Source: a virus
Lineage: Duplodnaviria > Caudoviricetes
IMG/VR virus record: IMGVR_UViG_3300025133_000010
Coordinates: 1-40,601 of that record
Reading direction: 5' to 3' (one strand)
DNA: 40,601 nucleotides
Shown here: positions 23,247-31,745 of the stretch, piece after piece
Numbering within the stretch: position 1 is the first letter of the stretch
How the letters are laid out: every line of letters starts with the position of its first letter
Position numbers and translations under genes: made by a program
The notes under the pieces: generated by a model
Seen by the model: the letters and a program-made list of their open reading frames with translations, nothing else
What the model was told of the DNA's origin: nothing
Databases searched by the model: none

Positions 23247-25043
23247 ATGCACTCAATCATTATTGATATCGAAACGAACGCCATCGAGGATTGGAGAGAA
23301 CTCTCGGATCTTCAAGAAATCCACTGCATTGTTATCCGTAACAAGAACAAGGTGGAGACCTACAACCACCAGAAGGAAAACATCTACGAGGCGTTGCGGG
23401 AGATTTCCTTGGCTGATGAGGTGATCGGGCATAACGCAATGTCCTTTGATATCCCCGCCATTCAGAAGTTGTATCCAGACTTTCGGATGAACGGATGTCT
23501 ACGGGATACCATGCTGTTGTCTCGATTGGTGTGGCCCGACATCCGCGACGAGGACTTCAAGCGCGGCGATGAGTACCCCAAGAACTTGATCGGGTCTCAC
23601 TCACTGAAGGCTTGGGGTCACCGTCTCGGAGAATACAAAGGTGACCACACCGACTGGTCTGCCTGGTCTCAGGAGATGGAGGATTACTGTGTTCAAGACA
23701 CACACGTAACCCTGCGGTTGTGGCAATCCATTCAGCGGGAAGACCCCTCGGTTCCCAGTGTGATGCTGGAGCACGCCTTCGCTGAGATCATCATCGAACA
23801 ACAACGGCATGGATTCCGGTTTGATGTGGATGCTGCCAAGGAACTCCACGCAGAACTTCTAGATAAGAAGGCGGAGTTGGAGCGGAGGATGCAGGAGATC
23901 TTCCCACCTGTCGAGATTCCCATGAAGACACCTCAATACTGGTTGGCGGATTGTGAACAGTACCCCACGAAGACAGCAGCTAAGGCCGCTGGATACAAAG
24001 ACACCCAGATCACCAAGGGGCCACTCAAGGTGAAGACCATCCCCTTCAACCCTGGATCTAGAGACCAGATCTCCAAGTGCCTTGTTGAGAAATACAGGTG
24101 GAAACCACGAGAGTACACCGCCAATGGGAAACCGAAGATTGACGAGACGATCCTCAAGTCAATGGATTTTTCAGAAGCAAAGCCCTTGGTGGATTACTTA
24201 ACAATCTCCAAGCGTCTTGGGCAACTGGCTGAAGGCAAGGAGGCGTGGCTCCGCTGTGTAGAGAATGGCAGGATTCATGGTCGGATAAACACCAACGGAA
24301 CTGTGTCGGGCCGGTGTTCGCATTCTCGCCCGAACGTCTCTCAGGTCCCCTCTGTCTCATCCCCCTATGGATCTGAGTGCAGAGCCTTGTTCCTTCCTGA
24401 TGATGGGCATGTCCTTGTGGGGGTGGACGCAAGTGGCTTGGAACTCAGGATGCTGGCCCACTACCTCGCGTACTTCGATGGTGGTGCGTATGCCAAGCAG
24501 GTGTGTGAAGGCGACATCCACACCACGAACATGGAAGCCGCCGGGTTGGAAAATCGTAACCAAGCGAAGCGATTCATATATGCGTGGTTGTATGGTGGTG
24601 GTGATAATTTGATTGGAGAGATCATTGACGGTGGAGCGCGTGAGGGGAAGCAGATCAAGAAGCGGTTCATGGATCGCCTTCCTGCATTCAAGAAACTGAA
24701 GAAGCACATTGAGAAAACTGTAGATGCCAAAGGGCACCTCCACGGTCTCGACGGGCGTGTCCTGCCGGTTCGCTCAAAGCACTCTGCTCTGAACTTGTTG
24801 CTGCAATCTGCCGGTGCGGTGGTAATGAAGGAAGCCACCAAACAGTTGCATGTGGATCTTCGGGAACTCCACCAGGTAGCCCACATCCACGACGAGATTC
24901 AGCTTAGTGTTCATCCAAGTGTTGCGGAAGAGACAGGGAAGATTGCTGTGGAGTCCATCAGAGCGGCTGGTGAGACTCTCAATCTCAAAGTCCCTCTCAC
25001 TGGAGAGTACAAAATTGGAGCAAACTGGAGTGAAACACACTGA
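23247..25043 (+). CDS. Family A DNA polymerase (T7 gp5-like)
   Basis: Exonuclease DIETN and YCVQD; polymerase motifs DASGLELR, AKRFIYAWLYG and HDE. Confidence 0.97.
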   Translation: MHSIIIDIETNAIEDWRELSDLQEIHCIVIRNKNKVETYNHQKENIYEALREISLADEVIGHNAMSFDIPAIQKLYPDFRMNGCLRDTMLLSRLVWPDIRDEDFKRGDEYPKNLIGSHSLKAWGHRLGEYKGDHTDWSAWSQEMEDYCVQDTHVTLRLWQSIQREDPSVPSVMLEHAFAEIIIEQQRHGFRFDVDAAKELHAELLDKKAELERRMQEIFPPVEIPMKTPQYWLADCEQYPTKTAAKAAGYKDTQITKGPLKVKTIPFNPGSRDQISKCLVEKYRWKPREYTANGKPKIDETILKSMDFSEAKPLVDYLTISKRLGQLAEGKEAWLRCVENGRIHGRINTNGTVSGRCSHSRPNVSQVPSVSSPYGSECRALFLPDDGHVLVGVDASGLELRMLAHYLAYFDGGAYAKQVCEGDIHTTNMEAAGLENRNQAKRFIYAWLYGGGDNLIGEIIDGGAREGKQIKKRFMDRLPAFKKLKKHIEKTVDAKGHLHGLDGRVLPVRSKHSALNLLLQSAGAVVMKEATKQLHVDLRELHQVAHIHDEIQLSVHPSVAEETGKIAVESIRAAGETLNLKVPLTGEYKIGANWSETH

Positions 25044-25497
25044 AGAAGATCTTGCGTATGCTGCTGGATACTTAGATGGCGAGGGGTGCTTCAAGTTCAC
25101 CAACGGAACCCCTGAAGTCTGTGTTGAGAACACCTATGTTCACACCTTGGGATGGTTATCAGAGATGTTCGGAGGGGCTTGCCGTGCTAAAACTAAACCA
25201 GAGAACCCTAAGTGGCGTCAAGCGTTCGCGTGGCACGCCACAGGGGACAACGCCAGGAACTGTATCAAGGCAGTTCTCCCATACCTTCAAGAGAAACTTC
25301 CACAAGCTAAGATACTTCTGGAGATCTCCGCGTACCCTCCTCGCTCACACAAACGAGCCCAACTCTGTGAAGAACTCCGCAAACTGAAACGGATTGAATA
25401 CGAATGGACCCACTTGAATACATCGAAACCTCCGCATTACTCAAAGAACTCCAGAAGCGGTTTGATGACTCAATCTTCATCGCCACCGCGAAGATGA
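25030..25497 (+). CDS. Free-standing single-motif LAGLIDADG endonuclease-like protein
   Basis: DLAYAAGYLDGEGC, L...FGG and LPYL..K..QA. GTG start at 25030. Confidence 0.8.
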   Translation: MKHTEEDLAYAAGYLDGEGCFKFTNGTPEVCVENTYVHTLGWLSEMFGGACRAKTKPENPKWRQAFAWHATGDNARNCIKAVLPYLQEKLPQAKILLEISAYPPRSHKRAQLCEELRKLKRIEYEWTHLNTSKPPHYSKNSRSGLMTQSSSPPRR

Positions 25498-25625
25498 CAG
25501 GGGACGCGGAGGATATTGTTCTCTCACTTAATGGTTCTTATCACTCGGTTCTTGGACTTTCAATGGTGGCTAGGATGGCCGCAGAAGCTGGAGACGGATC
25601 TCATGCTGACGACACTACTGATTGA
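25404..25625 (+). CDS. Hypothetical protein
   Basis: 73-aa ORF bridging to the exonuclease gene. Confidence 0.6.
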   Translation: MDPLEYIETSALLKELQKRFDDSIFIATAKMTGDAEDIVLSLNGSYHSVLGLSMVARMAAEAGDGSHADDTTD

Positions 25626-26346
25626 CGGGGATATTCTTCTCTACCGAGAAAGTTCTGCGGTAGAAGAGGCATTTGATTGGGGGGATGATGTTTGGACTTT
25701 GACTGGGGATGCTGCGGCAGCAAAGCAAGCTGTAGACGTTTGGATCGCTCGACACAAAGAATTGCTTGGAGCTGATAAAGTTATCATCACCCTGACTGGA
25801 CCAGAGAACTGGCGGAAAGATGTCCTGCCAACCTACAAGAATAACCGGAAAGGCACGCGGAAGCCTATGGTGTTCCCTGCTCTTCGTGACTATTGCCGAG
25901 GGACCTACAGGACCATCGAGTTCAACAACCTTGAGGCGGACGATGTGATGGGTCTGCTCGCAACTGGGGGGCTGAAAAGGATTGATGGGAAGAAGATCAT
26001 CGTCTCTGAAGACAAAGACATGAAGACGATCCCTGGATATTTATACAACCCAAACCATGCAGAGGAGGGCATTCAATGCCTGAGCAAAAAACAAGCGGAC
26101 CTCAATCATCTGTCCCAAGCCCTGACGGGGGACAGTACAGACGGATACTCGGGGTGCCCCGGCGTCGGCCCCAAGACAGCGGAGAAGATACTGAAGCAGG
26201 GGACTTGGGAGGAAGTGTTGGGAGCGTACGCGAAAGCGGGGCTGACGGAGGCGGATGCACTGGTTCAAGCGAGGGTCTCTCGGATATTGAGAAGGGGGGA
26301 GTTCAGTCCAAAGAGGCAGAAGGTAAAATTGTGGAACCCCAAATGA
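25603..26346 (+). CDS. 5'-3' exonuclease (T7 gp6-like)
   Basis: LLIDGDIL, YK.NRK, LEADD, DKD and GDSTDGY.G.PG.G. Start reassigned to 25603. Confidence 0.93.
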   Translation: MLTTLLIDGDILLYRESSAVEEAFDWGDDVWTLTGDAAAAKQAVDVWIARHKELLGADKVIITLTGPENWRKDVLPTYKNNRKGTRKPMVFPALRDYCRGTYRTIEFNNLEADDVMGLLATGGLKRIDGKKIIVSEDKDMKTIPGYLYNPNHAEEGIQCLSKKQADLNHLSQALTGDSTDGYSGCPGVGPKTAEKILKQGTWEEVLGAYAKAGLTEADALVQARVSRILRRGEFSPKRQKVKLWNPK

Positions 26347-26672
26347 CCCGAGAGGGATACCTAGATTTTCACCGTGGGATGTGCCGGGAGGCCCTCTCCC
26401 TAAGTGTGAGGAAGAACCGAGATTACACTGGGAAGGAAGATGATAAACCCTTTGCGAACTTCCAGAGGTGTGAGGCGATGGGCATCACAACTACCGAGAA
26501 GGGGTTCCTGGTTCGTCTCACTGATAAGTTCTCTCGCCTCAGTACCTTCTGTGAAACAGGATCCTTTCAGGTTGCAGATGAATCCTTGAGGGACACTTTG
26601 CTCGATCTCATCAACTACACCATCCTACTGGGGGCCTATGTGCAGTCCAAGAAGGAGGCGAATGGTGAATAA
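26343..26672 (+). CDS. Nucleotide-modification-associated (DUF1599/Nmad1-like, MazG-fold) protein
   Basis: KNRDY...PFANF...VRLTDKFSRL...DES..DTL.DL.NY. Start reassigned to 26343. Confidence 0.75.
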   Translation: MTREGYLDFHRGMCREALSLSVRKNRDYTGKEDDKPFANFQRCEAMGITTTEKGFLVRLTDKFSRLSTFCETGSFQVADESLRDTLLDLINYTILLGAYVQSKKEANGE

Positions 26673-26865
26673 AGAGCATGTATATGAAAGGCCCCCGCCG
26701 ATTTCTGTTGAATTGGTTCAGTGGCTTGAGCAGCAGTTCCCACTGAAGAGCCCTGATCTCAATCAACACGAGCGAGCGATCTTTCACCAAGTCGGCCAAA
26801 GATCAGTTGTTGACCACCTCGCCGCAATTCACAAAGAACAATCTGAGAATGTTCTGGAGCGATAG
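26662..26865 (+). CDS. Conserved hypothetical protein preceding the morphogenesis module
   Basis: AAGGAGG RBS. L..WL...FP..SP...GQRSVV..L motif. Confidence 0.75.
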   Translation: MVNKEHVYERPPPISVELVQWLEQQFPLKSPDLNQHERAIFHQVGQRSVVDHLAAIHKEQSENVLER

Positions 26866-26867
26866 AT

Positions 26868-27104
26868 ATGTGTATTGAACCATTTACTTCGATTTTTTCT
26901 TCCCCAAGTCCCCCACCCCCACCGCCACCGCCACCCCCACCGCCACCACCACCAGAGAAGATGGCTGAAACAGCCGCTTCTCCAGGCAGAGGTCTGGCAA
27001 GGCGAGAAGGTCGGGCGAGCCGATCAAGGCGTAAGGGTGTTTCGGGTCTGAAGATCAGAATGGATAACGTGGGTTCAGGAACTGGTGTGGGTGGAGCTTA
27101 TTAG
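26868..27104 (+). CDS. Small proline-rich virion protein (T7 gp6.7/7.3 position)
   Basis: MC start, poly-Pro run and RKG.SGLKI C-terminus; immediately before the portal gene. Confidence 0.75.
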   Translation: MCIEPFTSIFSSPSPPPPPPPPPPPPPPPEKMAETAASPGRGLARREGRASRSRRKGVSGLKIRMDNVGSGTGVGGAY

Positions 27105-28664
27105 ATGGATAGTGCTAAAGGTCTCTACACAAAACTGGAGACCCAAAGGTTCTCGTTCCTTGAACGTGCCAGAGATTGTTCTCGGCTGACACTGCCCACG
27201 GTGATCCCAGATGAGGGGCACAGTTCGTCGCAGAAATTTGTAACTCCTTATCAGGGGGTGGGGGCTCGGGGGGTGAATAACCTCGCTTCCTCATTGCTCC
27301 TCAGCCTTCTCCCCCCCAATGCCCCATTCTTCCGGCTGGTCCTTGATGATCAAGCCTTGAAGCAAATAGAGGGCATCCCAGAAATTAAGACGGAAATTGA
27401 GCGGTCACTATCAGATATTGAGAAGGCTGTTATGAAGGAGGTGGAGACGAACAATGTTCGCGTCTCCCTCTTTGAAGCCCTCAAGCATCTCATCATCTCA
27501 GGTAACTGTTTAATGCACTTCCCCTCAGATGGTGGGGTGCGGGTCTTCCCCCTTGCGCGGTACTGCGTTGAGCGGGATCCTATGGGGAACCCCCTAAAGA
27601 TTGTTACGAAAGAATGTGTCGCCCCAGCCGCTCTACCTGAAGAGATTAAGGGTGCTGTTGGAGCCATATCACCAAACACCGATGGATCGGTAGACCTGTA
27701 CACTTGCATACACAAACGCATGGACAAGAAGTGGGAGGTCTACCAAGAAGTCGGTGGAACTGAAATTCCAGGTTCTCGTGGTACATACGCAGAAGACAAG
27801 ATGCCCTTCCTCCCACTTAGGATGTATAAGGTTGAGGGTGAGAACTACGGAAGAGGGTATGTGGAGCAATACTTAGGGGACCTCCGCTCATTAGAGGGAT
27901 TGACCCAAGCCATTGTGGAAGGTGCTGCGGCTGCTTCCAAGATTCTGTTCATGGTCTCACCAAATGGCACAACTCGTGCGAGAACACTTGCGAAGAGTCC
28001 CAATGGGGCCATCGTTGAAGGGAGTGCCCAAGATGTTACGGTTCTACAAAGTCAGAAAAGTGCGGACCTCTCTATCGCGGCGGGTACGGCTCAGACGATT
28101 ACAGATCGGCTTGCGTATGCGTTTCTCCTTACGGAAGGGACCATCCGGCAAGCCGAACGAGTAACCGCTGAAGAAGTCCGCCTGGTTACCCAGTCGATTG
28201 AGCGGCAACTCGGTGGGGCGTTCTCCCTGCTTTCACAGGAACTTCAACTTCCGCTGGTAAACAGGATGATGGCGAACCTTCAGAAGAAGAAGAAACTTCC
28301 AAAACTCCCGAAGAAATACATCTCACCTGCTATCATCACAGGCATCGAGGCGTTGGCTAGAGGATCGGACCTCAACCGTCTCGACTTCTTCTTGCAAGGT
28401 ATGGCCCAGACTGTGGGCCCAGAGGCGATTGCTCAGTATGTCCACCTCGGTGAATACATCAAACGACGCGCAACTGCTCTTGGTATCGACACCCAGGGTC
28501 TCATTAAGACTGAAGAAGAAATGATGATGGAAATGCAACAAGCCCAGCAGGATGCTGTGGTTCAACAATACGGTGGTCAGGTGATGGGGATTGCGGATCA
28601 ACAGTTCCGTGAGTCTCAGAAGGCCGAAGCTGACGTAGCCAAGGAGATGGTAAAGAATGGCTGA
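27105..28664 (+). CDS. Portal / head-tail connector (T7 gp8-like)
   Basis: PYQGVGARGVNNLAS.L...L.PP..PFF, YGRG.VE.Y.GDL and ERVTAEE. Confidence 0.97.
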   Translation: MDSAKGLYTKLETQRFSFLERARDCSRLTLPTVIPDEGHSSSQKFVTPYQGVGARGVNNLASSLLLSLLPPNAPFFRLVLDDQALKQIEGIPEIKTEIERSLSDIEKAVMKEVETNNVRVSLFEALKHLIISGNCLMHFPSDGGVRVFPLARYCVERDPMGNPLKIVTKECVAPAALPEEIKGAVGAISPNTDGSVDLYTCIHKRMDKKWEVYQEVGGTEIPGSRGTYAEDKMPFLPLRMYKVEGENYGRGYVEQYLGDLRSLEGLTQAIVEGAAAASKILFMVSPNGTTRARTLAKSPNGAIVEGSAQDVTVLQSQKSADLSIAAGTAQTITDRLAYAFLLTEGTIRQAERVTAEEVRLVTQSIERQLGGAFSLLSQELQLPLVNRMMANLQKKKKLPKLPKKYISPAIITGIEALARGSDLNRLDFFLQGMAQTVGPEAIAQYVHLGEYIKRRATALGIDTQGLIKTEEEMMMEMQQAQQDAVVQQYGGQVMGIADQQFRESQKAEADVAKEMVKNG

Positions 28665-29391
28665 ACAACGAGTACAAATGGAGATGGGTGTCACAGGCCC
28701 AGAAGCACCAACCGAGGAGGTAAGTGATTCACAAGAGCAGGTATCGGAACGACCAGAGTGGCTACCAGAGAAGTTTGAATCTCCAGAGGCCCTCGCAAAC
28801 GCCTATGGTGAATTGGAATCCAAAATGGGAACCAATCAGCCCATTGAATCTGCTCCCGAGTCCGTTGATGCTATTACTGAATCCACCGGGATGTCCTCTG
28901 AAAATCTTGCGGAGTACACTAAGGAGTTCTCTGAGTCTGGTGAACTCTCTGCTGATTCTTATGAGAAGATCCAGAAAGACTGGGGCGTCCCTGAGAATGT
29001 GGCCCGTGCGTATGTGGAAGGTCAGAAGGCGTTGATCTCTCAAGCTCAAGAAACCATCTTCAACGAAGTTGGGGGACAAGAGCAGTATGGTGAGATGATC
29101 GAGTGGGCAAAAGAAAACCTCTCTGAAGAAGAAGTCACCTCCTATGATCGGACGATGGACTCCGGGGATATGAATGCGGCAACGATGGCTGCTCGTGGTC
29201 TAGCGGCACGTTACGCCCAAGCCACTGGAAGCAACCCCAGTCTTCTTAAAGGCACCGCTCCATCCACTAAGGGTGGCAATCCGTTTCGTTCGTGGAATCA
29301 AGTATCTGAAGCGATGCGAGACCCACGTTACTCTAAGGATCCTGCGTTTCGTCAAGAGATTCAGGATCGTCTCGCAATCTCTCAACTTTGA
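28657..29391 (+). CDS. Capsid scaffolding protein (T7 gp9-like)
   Basis: RPEWLPEKF, VGG...Y..M..WA and AM.DPRY..DPAFR. Confidence 0.93.
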   Translation: MAEQRVQMEMGVTGPEAPTEEVSDSQEQVSERPEWLPEKFESPEALANAYGELESKMGTNQPIESAPESVDAITESTGMSSENLAEYTKEFSESGELSADSYEKIQKDWGVPENVARAYVEGQKALISQAQETIFNEVGGQEQYGEMIEWAKENLSEEEVTSYDRTMDSGDMNAATMAARGLAARYAQATGSNPSLLKGTAPSTKGGNPFRSWNQVSEAMRDPRYSKDPAFRQEIQDRLAISQL

Positions 29392-29399
29392 GGTGATCA

Positions 29400-29588
29400 A
29401 TGAAACCTGGAATTAAAACTACTGAGTTCTGGCTCGCTGCTGCTGCCACCGTTGTTGGTGGTCTCATGGCGTCTGGAGTCATCGCAGAGGATAGCGGTCT
29501 TGCTAAGGTCATTGGCATTGCTGCATCCGCTCTGGTGGCTCTTGGATACACAGGTGCGCGGCTTGCACTGAAGAAGAAGGTCAGCTGA
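29400..29588 (+). CDS. Putative holin (two transmembrane helices)
   Basis: KPG.KTTEFW, two hydrophobic helices and a basic C-terminus. GAGGTGA RBS. Confidence 0.65.
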   Translation: MKPGIKTTEFWLAAAATVVGGLMASGVIAEDSGLAKVIGIAASALVALGYTGARLALKKKVS

Positions 29589-29590
29589 GA

Positions 29591-29764
29591 ATGTGGGCTG
29601 CCATCATGGCTGCATTCTCTTCAATCTTTAAAGTATTTCTAGAACTCATCATGGAGAAGGCGAATGAACCGACTCTCGCAAACGATGCCCCTGAAGTGCC
29701 TAAGCGTTATCGTGATGCTTGGGCTGAGCGGGTGCGAAAGTTCAAGAGTCGTCTTCGTCCCTGA
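29591..29764 (+). CDS. Putative i-spanin-like small membrane protein, 57 aa (not in the ORF track)
   Basis: MWAAIMAAFSSIFKVFLELI...KSRLRP*; overlapped by a lipoprotein ORF. Confidence 0.55.
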   Translation: MWAAIMAAFSSIFKVFLELIMEKANEPTLANDAPEVPKRYRDAWAERVRKFKSRLRP

Positions 29765-29915
29765 AAGTGATGGATTAGTAAGGCTTGGCCCTGGAATACG
29801 GGGTCATGTCTATTTCTGGAATGGTTCCTCATGGGAACTTTCCGGTAACGAGGTAGACCTCCCTGAAGGGTGGTTTGCTGGTGACGTTCAAGTGGATATT
29901 CAACCAACTGACTGA
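29685..29915 (+). CDS. Lipoprotein, putative o-spanin
   Basis: Signal peptide with lipobox LSGC; overlaps the preceding ORF in another frame. Confidence 0.65.
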   Translation: MPLKCLSVIVMLGLSGCESSRVVFVPESDGLVRLGPGIRGHVYFWNGSSWELSGNEVDLPEGWFAGDVQVDIQPTD

Positions 29916-30025
29916 CGCGGCCCTCTGCGGGGGACAACCGGACTGATCGGGTTAGGAACCGAAGCCATCGAATAACGTCGATGTTTTCAACGTATCTTTA
30001 ACTCTTTTAGAAAGGAAAGCCTCAA

Positions 30026-31051
30026 ATGGCAGATACATATACTGCTTCACGGCTGGGTCTTGCTCAGGGGGGTTCGGACAACTTCGAGCTGTTCCTCAAG
30101 ACCTTCAGCGGTGAAGTTCTTTCCGCGTTTGAAGAGCGCAATCTTATGATGCCTCTTCACACCGTTCGTACAATTACGAGCGGTAAAAGCGCACAGTTCC
30201 CCCTGACGGGTGTTGCGGCTGCCGCATATCACCTGCCGGGTGAGGAACTCGTTGGTGCTTCGATTGACCACGCAGAGCGTGTGATCAATATCGACAACCT
30301 GTTGGTGTCACACACCTTCATTGGTAATATCGACGAAGCAATGAACCACTATGATGTTCGTTCGATTTATTCCCGTGAACTCGGGTTTGCTCTTGCTAAC
30401 CACGCAGATAAAGCGATCATTCGCTCGATCATCGCCGGTTCGCTCGATCAGGCTGATGTTCTTGGGGATGCCTACACTGGTGGCACAATCACTGGTGGCA
30501 CGACTGGGGACAACATCATTGATTCAATCATTGATGCAGCGAAATACCTGGACGACAACAATGTCCCCGTTGGTGATCGCTGGTGCGTTCTCACACCTAC
30601 TGCGTTCTACACGGTCCTTAAGTCTGCTGGTGGTTCTGACACGGCTGCTGCTCTGCTCAACAAGGATTACGGCCAAGGTGCTTCGATCCTTCAGGGCGGT
30701 CAACAGGCGATGCAGGTCGCGGGTGTTACTTGCTTTATGAGCACGCATATCCCGACTGCTGACGAAGGTACTGCGACAGGTGCTCTCGGTGACGATGACA
30801 CCCGCAACGATCCGTTCGTTGATGCTGGTGCTACTGGTGCCGTGGCTGATGAAGGTTACTCGGGCATTGACTTCTCGGACTATCAGGGCGTGGTCTTCCA
30901 CCGCTCTGGTGTTGGTACAGTCAAGCTCATGGACCTCGCAGTCGAGAGTGACTACATGGTGAACCGACAGGGTACGCTCATGGTTGCTCGTTATGCAATG
31001 GGGCACAACTACCTCCGCTGCCAAGCATGCGTGGGTATCAAGTCCGCCTGA
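30026..31051 (+). CDS. Major capsid protein (T7 gp10-like)
   Basis: LFLK.FSGEV..AF, RTI.SGKSAQFP, HYDVRS.YS.ELG and YAMGH..LR. Confidence 0.97.
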   Translation: MADTYTASRLGLAQGGSDNFELFLKTFSGEVLSAFEERNLMMPLHTVRTITSGKSAQFPLTGVAAAAYHLPGEELVGASIDHAERVINIDNLLVSHTFIGNIDEAMNHYDVRSIYSRELGFALANHADKAIIRSIIAGSLDQADVLGDAYTGGTITGGTTGDNIIDSIIDAAKYLDDNNVPVGDRWCVLTPTAFYTVLKSAGGSDTAAALLNKDYGQGASILQGGQQAMQVAGVTCFMSTHIPTADEGTATGALGDDDTRNDPFVDAGATGAVADEGYSGIDFSDYQGVVFHRSGVGTVKLMDLAVESDYMVNRQGTLMVARYAMGHNYLRCQACVGIKSA

Positions 31052-31079
31052 TTGACTTAACGGTCAACAAAAACTAAAT

Positions 31080-31118
31080 GGGTTGGTCTCCGAAAGGAGG
31101 CCACCCCTATTTCTCTTT
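31080..31118 (+). terminator. T-phi-like terminator after the capsid gene
   Basis: TGGTCTCC-GAAA-GGAGGCCA stem followed by a T-rich tail. Confidence 0.8.
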
Positions 31119-31133
31119 CATAGGAGCCTATAG

Positions 31134-31745
31134 ATGGCCCTCGCACTCACAACAAAGTTGGAAGCTATCAACACGATGCTGAGTAACGTGGGAGAAGCTC
31201 CTGTTAATTCGTTGACTGGATCTCTCACCGCTGATGTCCGCCTCGCTCAGAATATCCTTGACGAAGTTTCCCGTGAGGTTCAATCCGTTGGGTGGCACTT
31301 CAACACTGAGAAGGATGTCCCTTTGGCCCCCAACTCAGAGAACCAAGTTGAACTGAGTGGCGGGGTTGCTCGTGTGGATCTTGAGGGGGATAACATTGAC
31401 TCAAGCTATGATGTTGTGGTCCGGGGTTCCAAACTCTACAACCGCAAGAATCGTACCTACACTTTCACAGCCACCAAGAAGTACACTGTCACTTACATGC
31501 TGGACTGGGAGCAACTCCCCGAGAGTGCCCGCCGGTACATTATGATTCGGTCTGCAAGGATCTACCAAGATCGCCTTGTTGGTTCAGAGACGCTCTCCGC
31601 ATTCTCCCGGTCAGATGAGCAGTCCGCTCTTTTCTCTCTCCGCGAGTATGAGATGGAAACTGCTGACTACAGTGTGTTTGATAACTGGGATGTCGCCCGG
31701 ATTATCGACCGCAGTAGTGTGGTTGACAAATTGGGGCGCAGTTGA
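31134..31745 (+). CDS. Tail tubular protein A (T7 gp11-like)
   Basis: LEAIN.ML..VGEAPV, VQS.GWHFN and LPE.ARRYI. Confidence 0.95.
   Translation: MALALTTKLEAINTMLSNVGEAPVNSLTGSLTADVRLAQNILDEVSREVQSVGWHFNTEKDVPLAPNSENQVELSGGVARVDLEGDNIDSSYDVVVRGSKLYNRKNRTYTFTATKKYTVTYMLDWEQLPESARRYIMIRSARIYQDRLVGSETLSAFSRSDEQSALFSLREYEMETADYSVFDNWDVARIIDRSSVVDKLGRS

Noticed and set aside
26910-26953. C-rich repeat as a regulatory element
   Set aside because: It is fully explained by the poly-proline codons of the small virion protein.
31000-31080. T7 10B-type capsid frameshift extension
   Set aside because: No evident slippery site, and only a short gap precedes the terminator.
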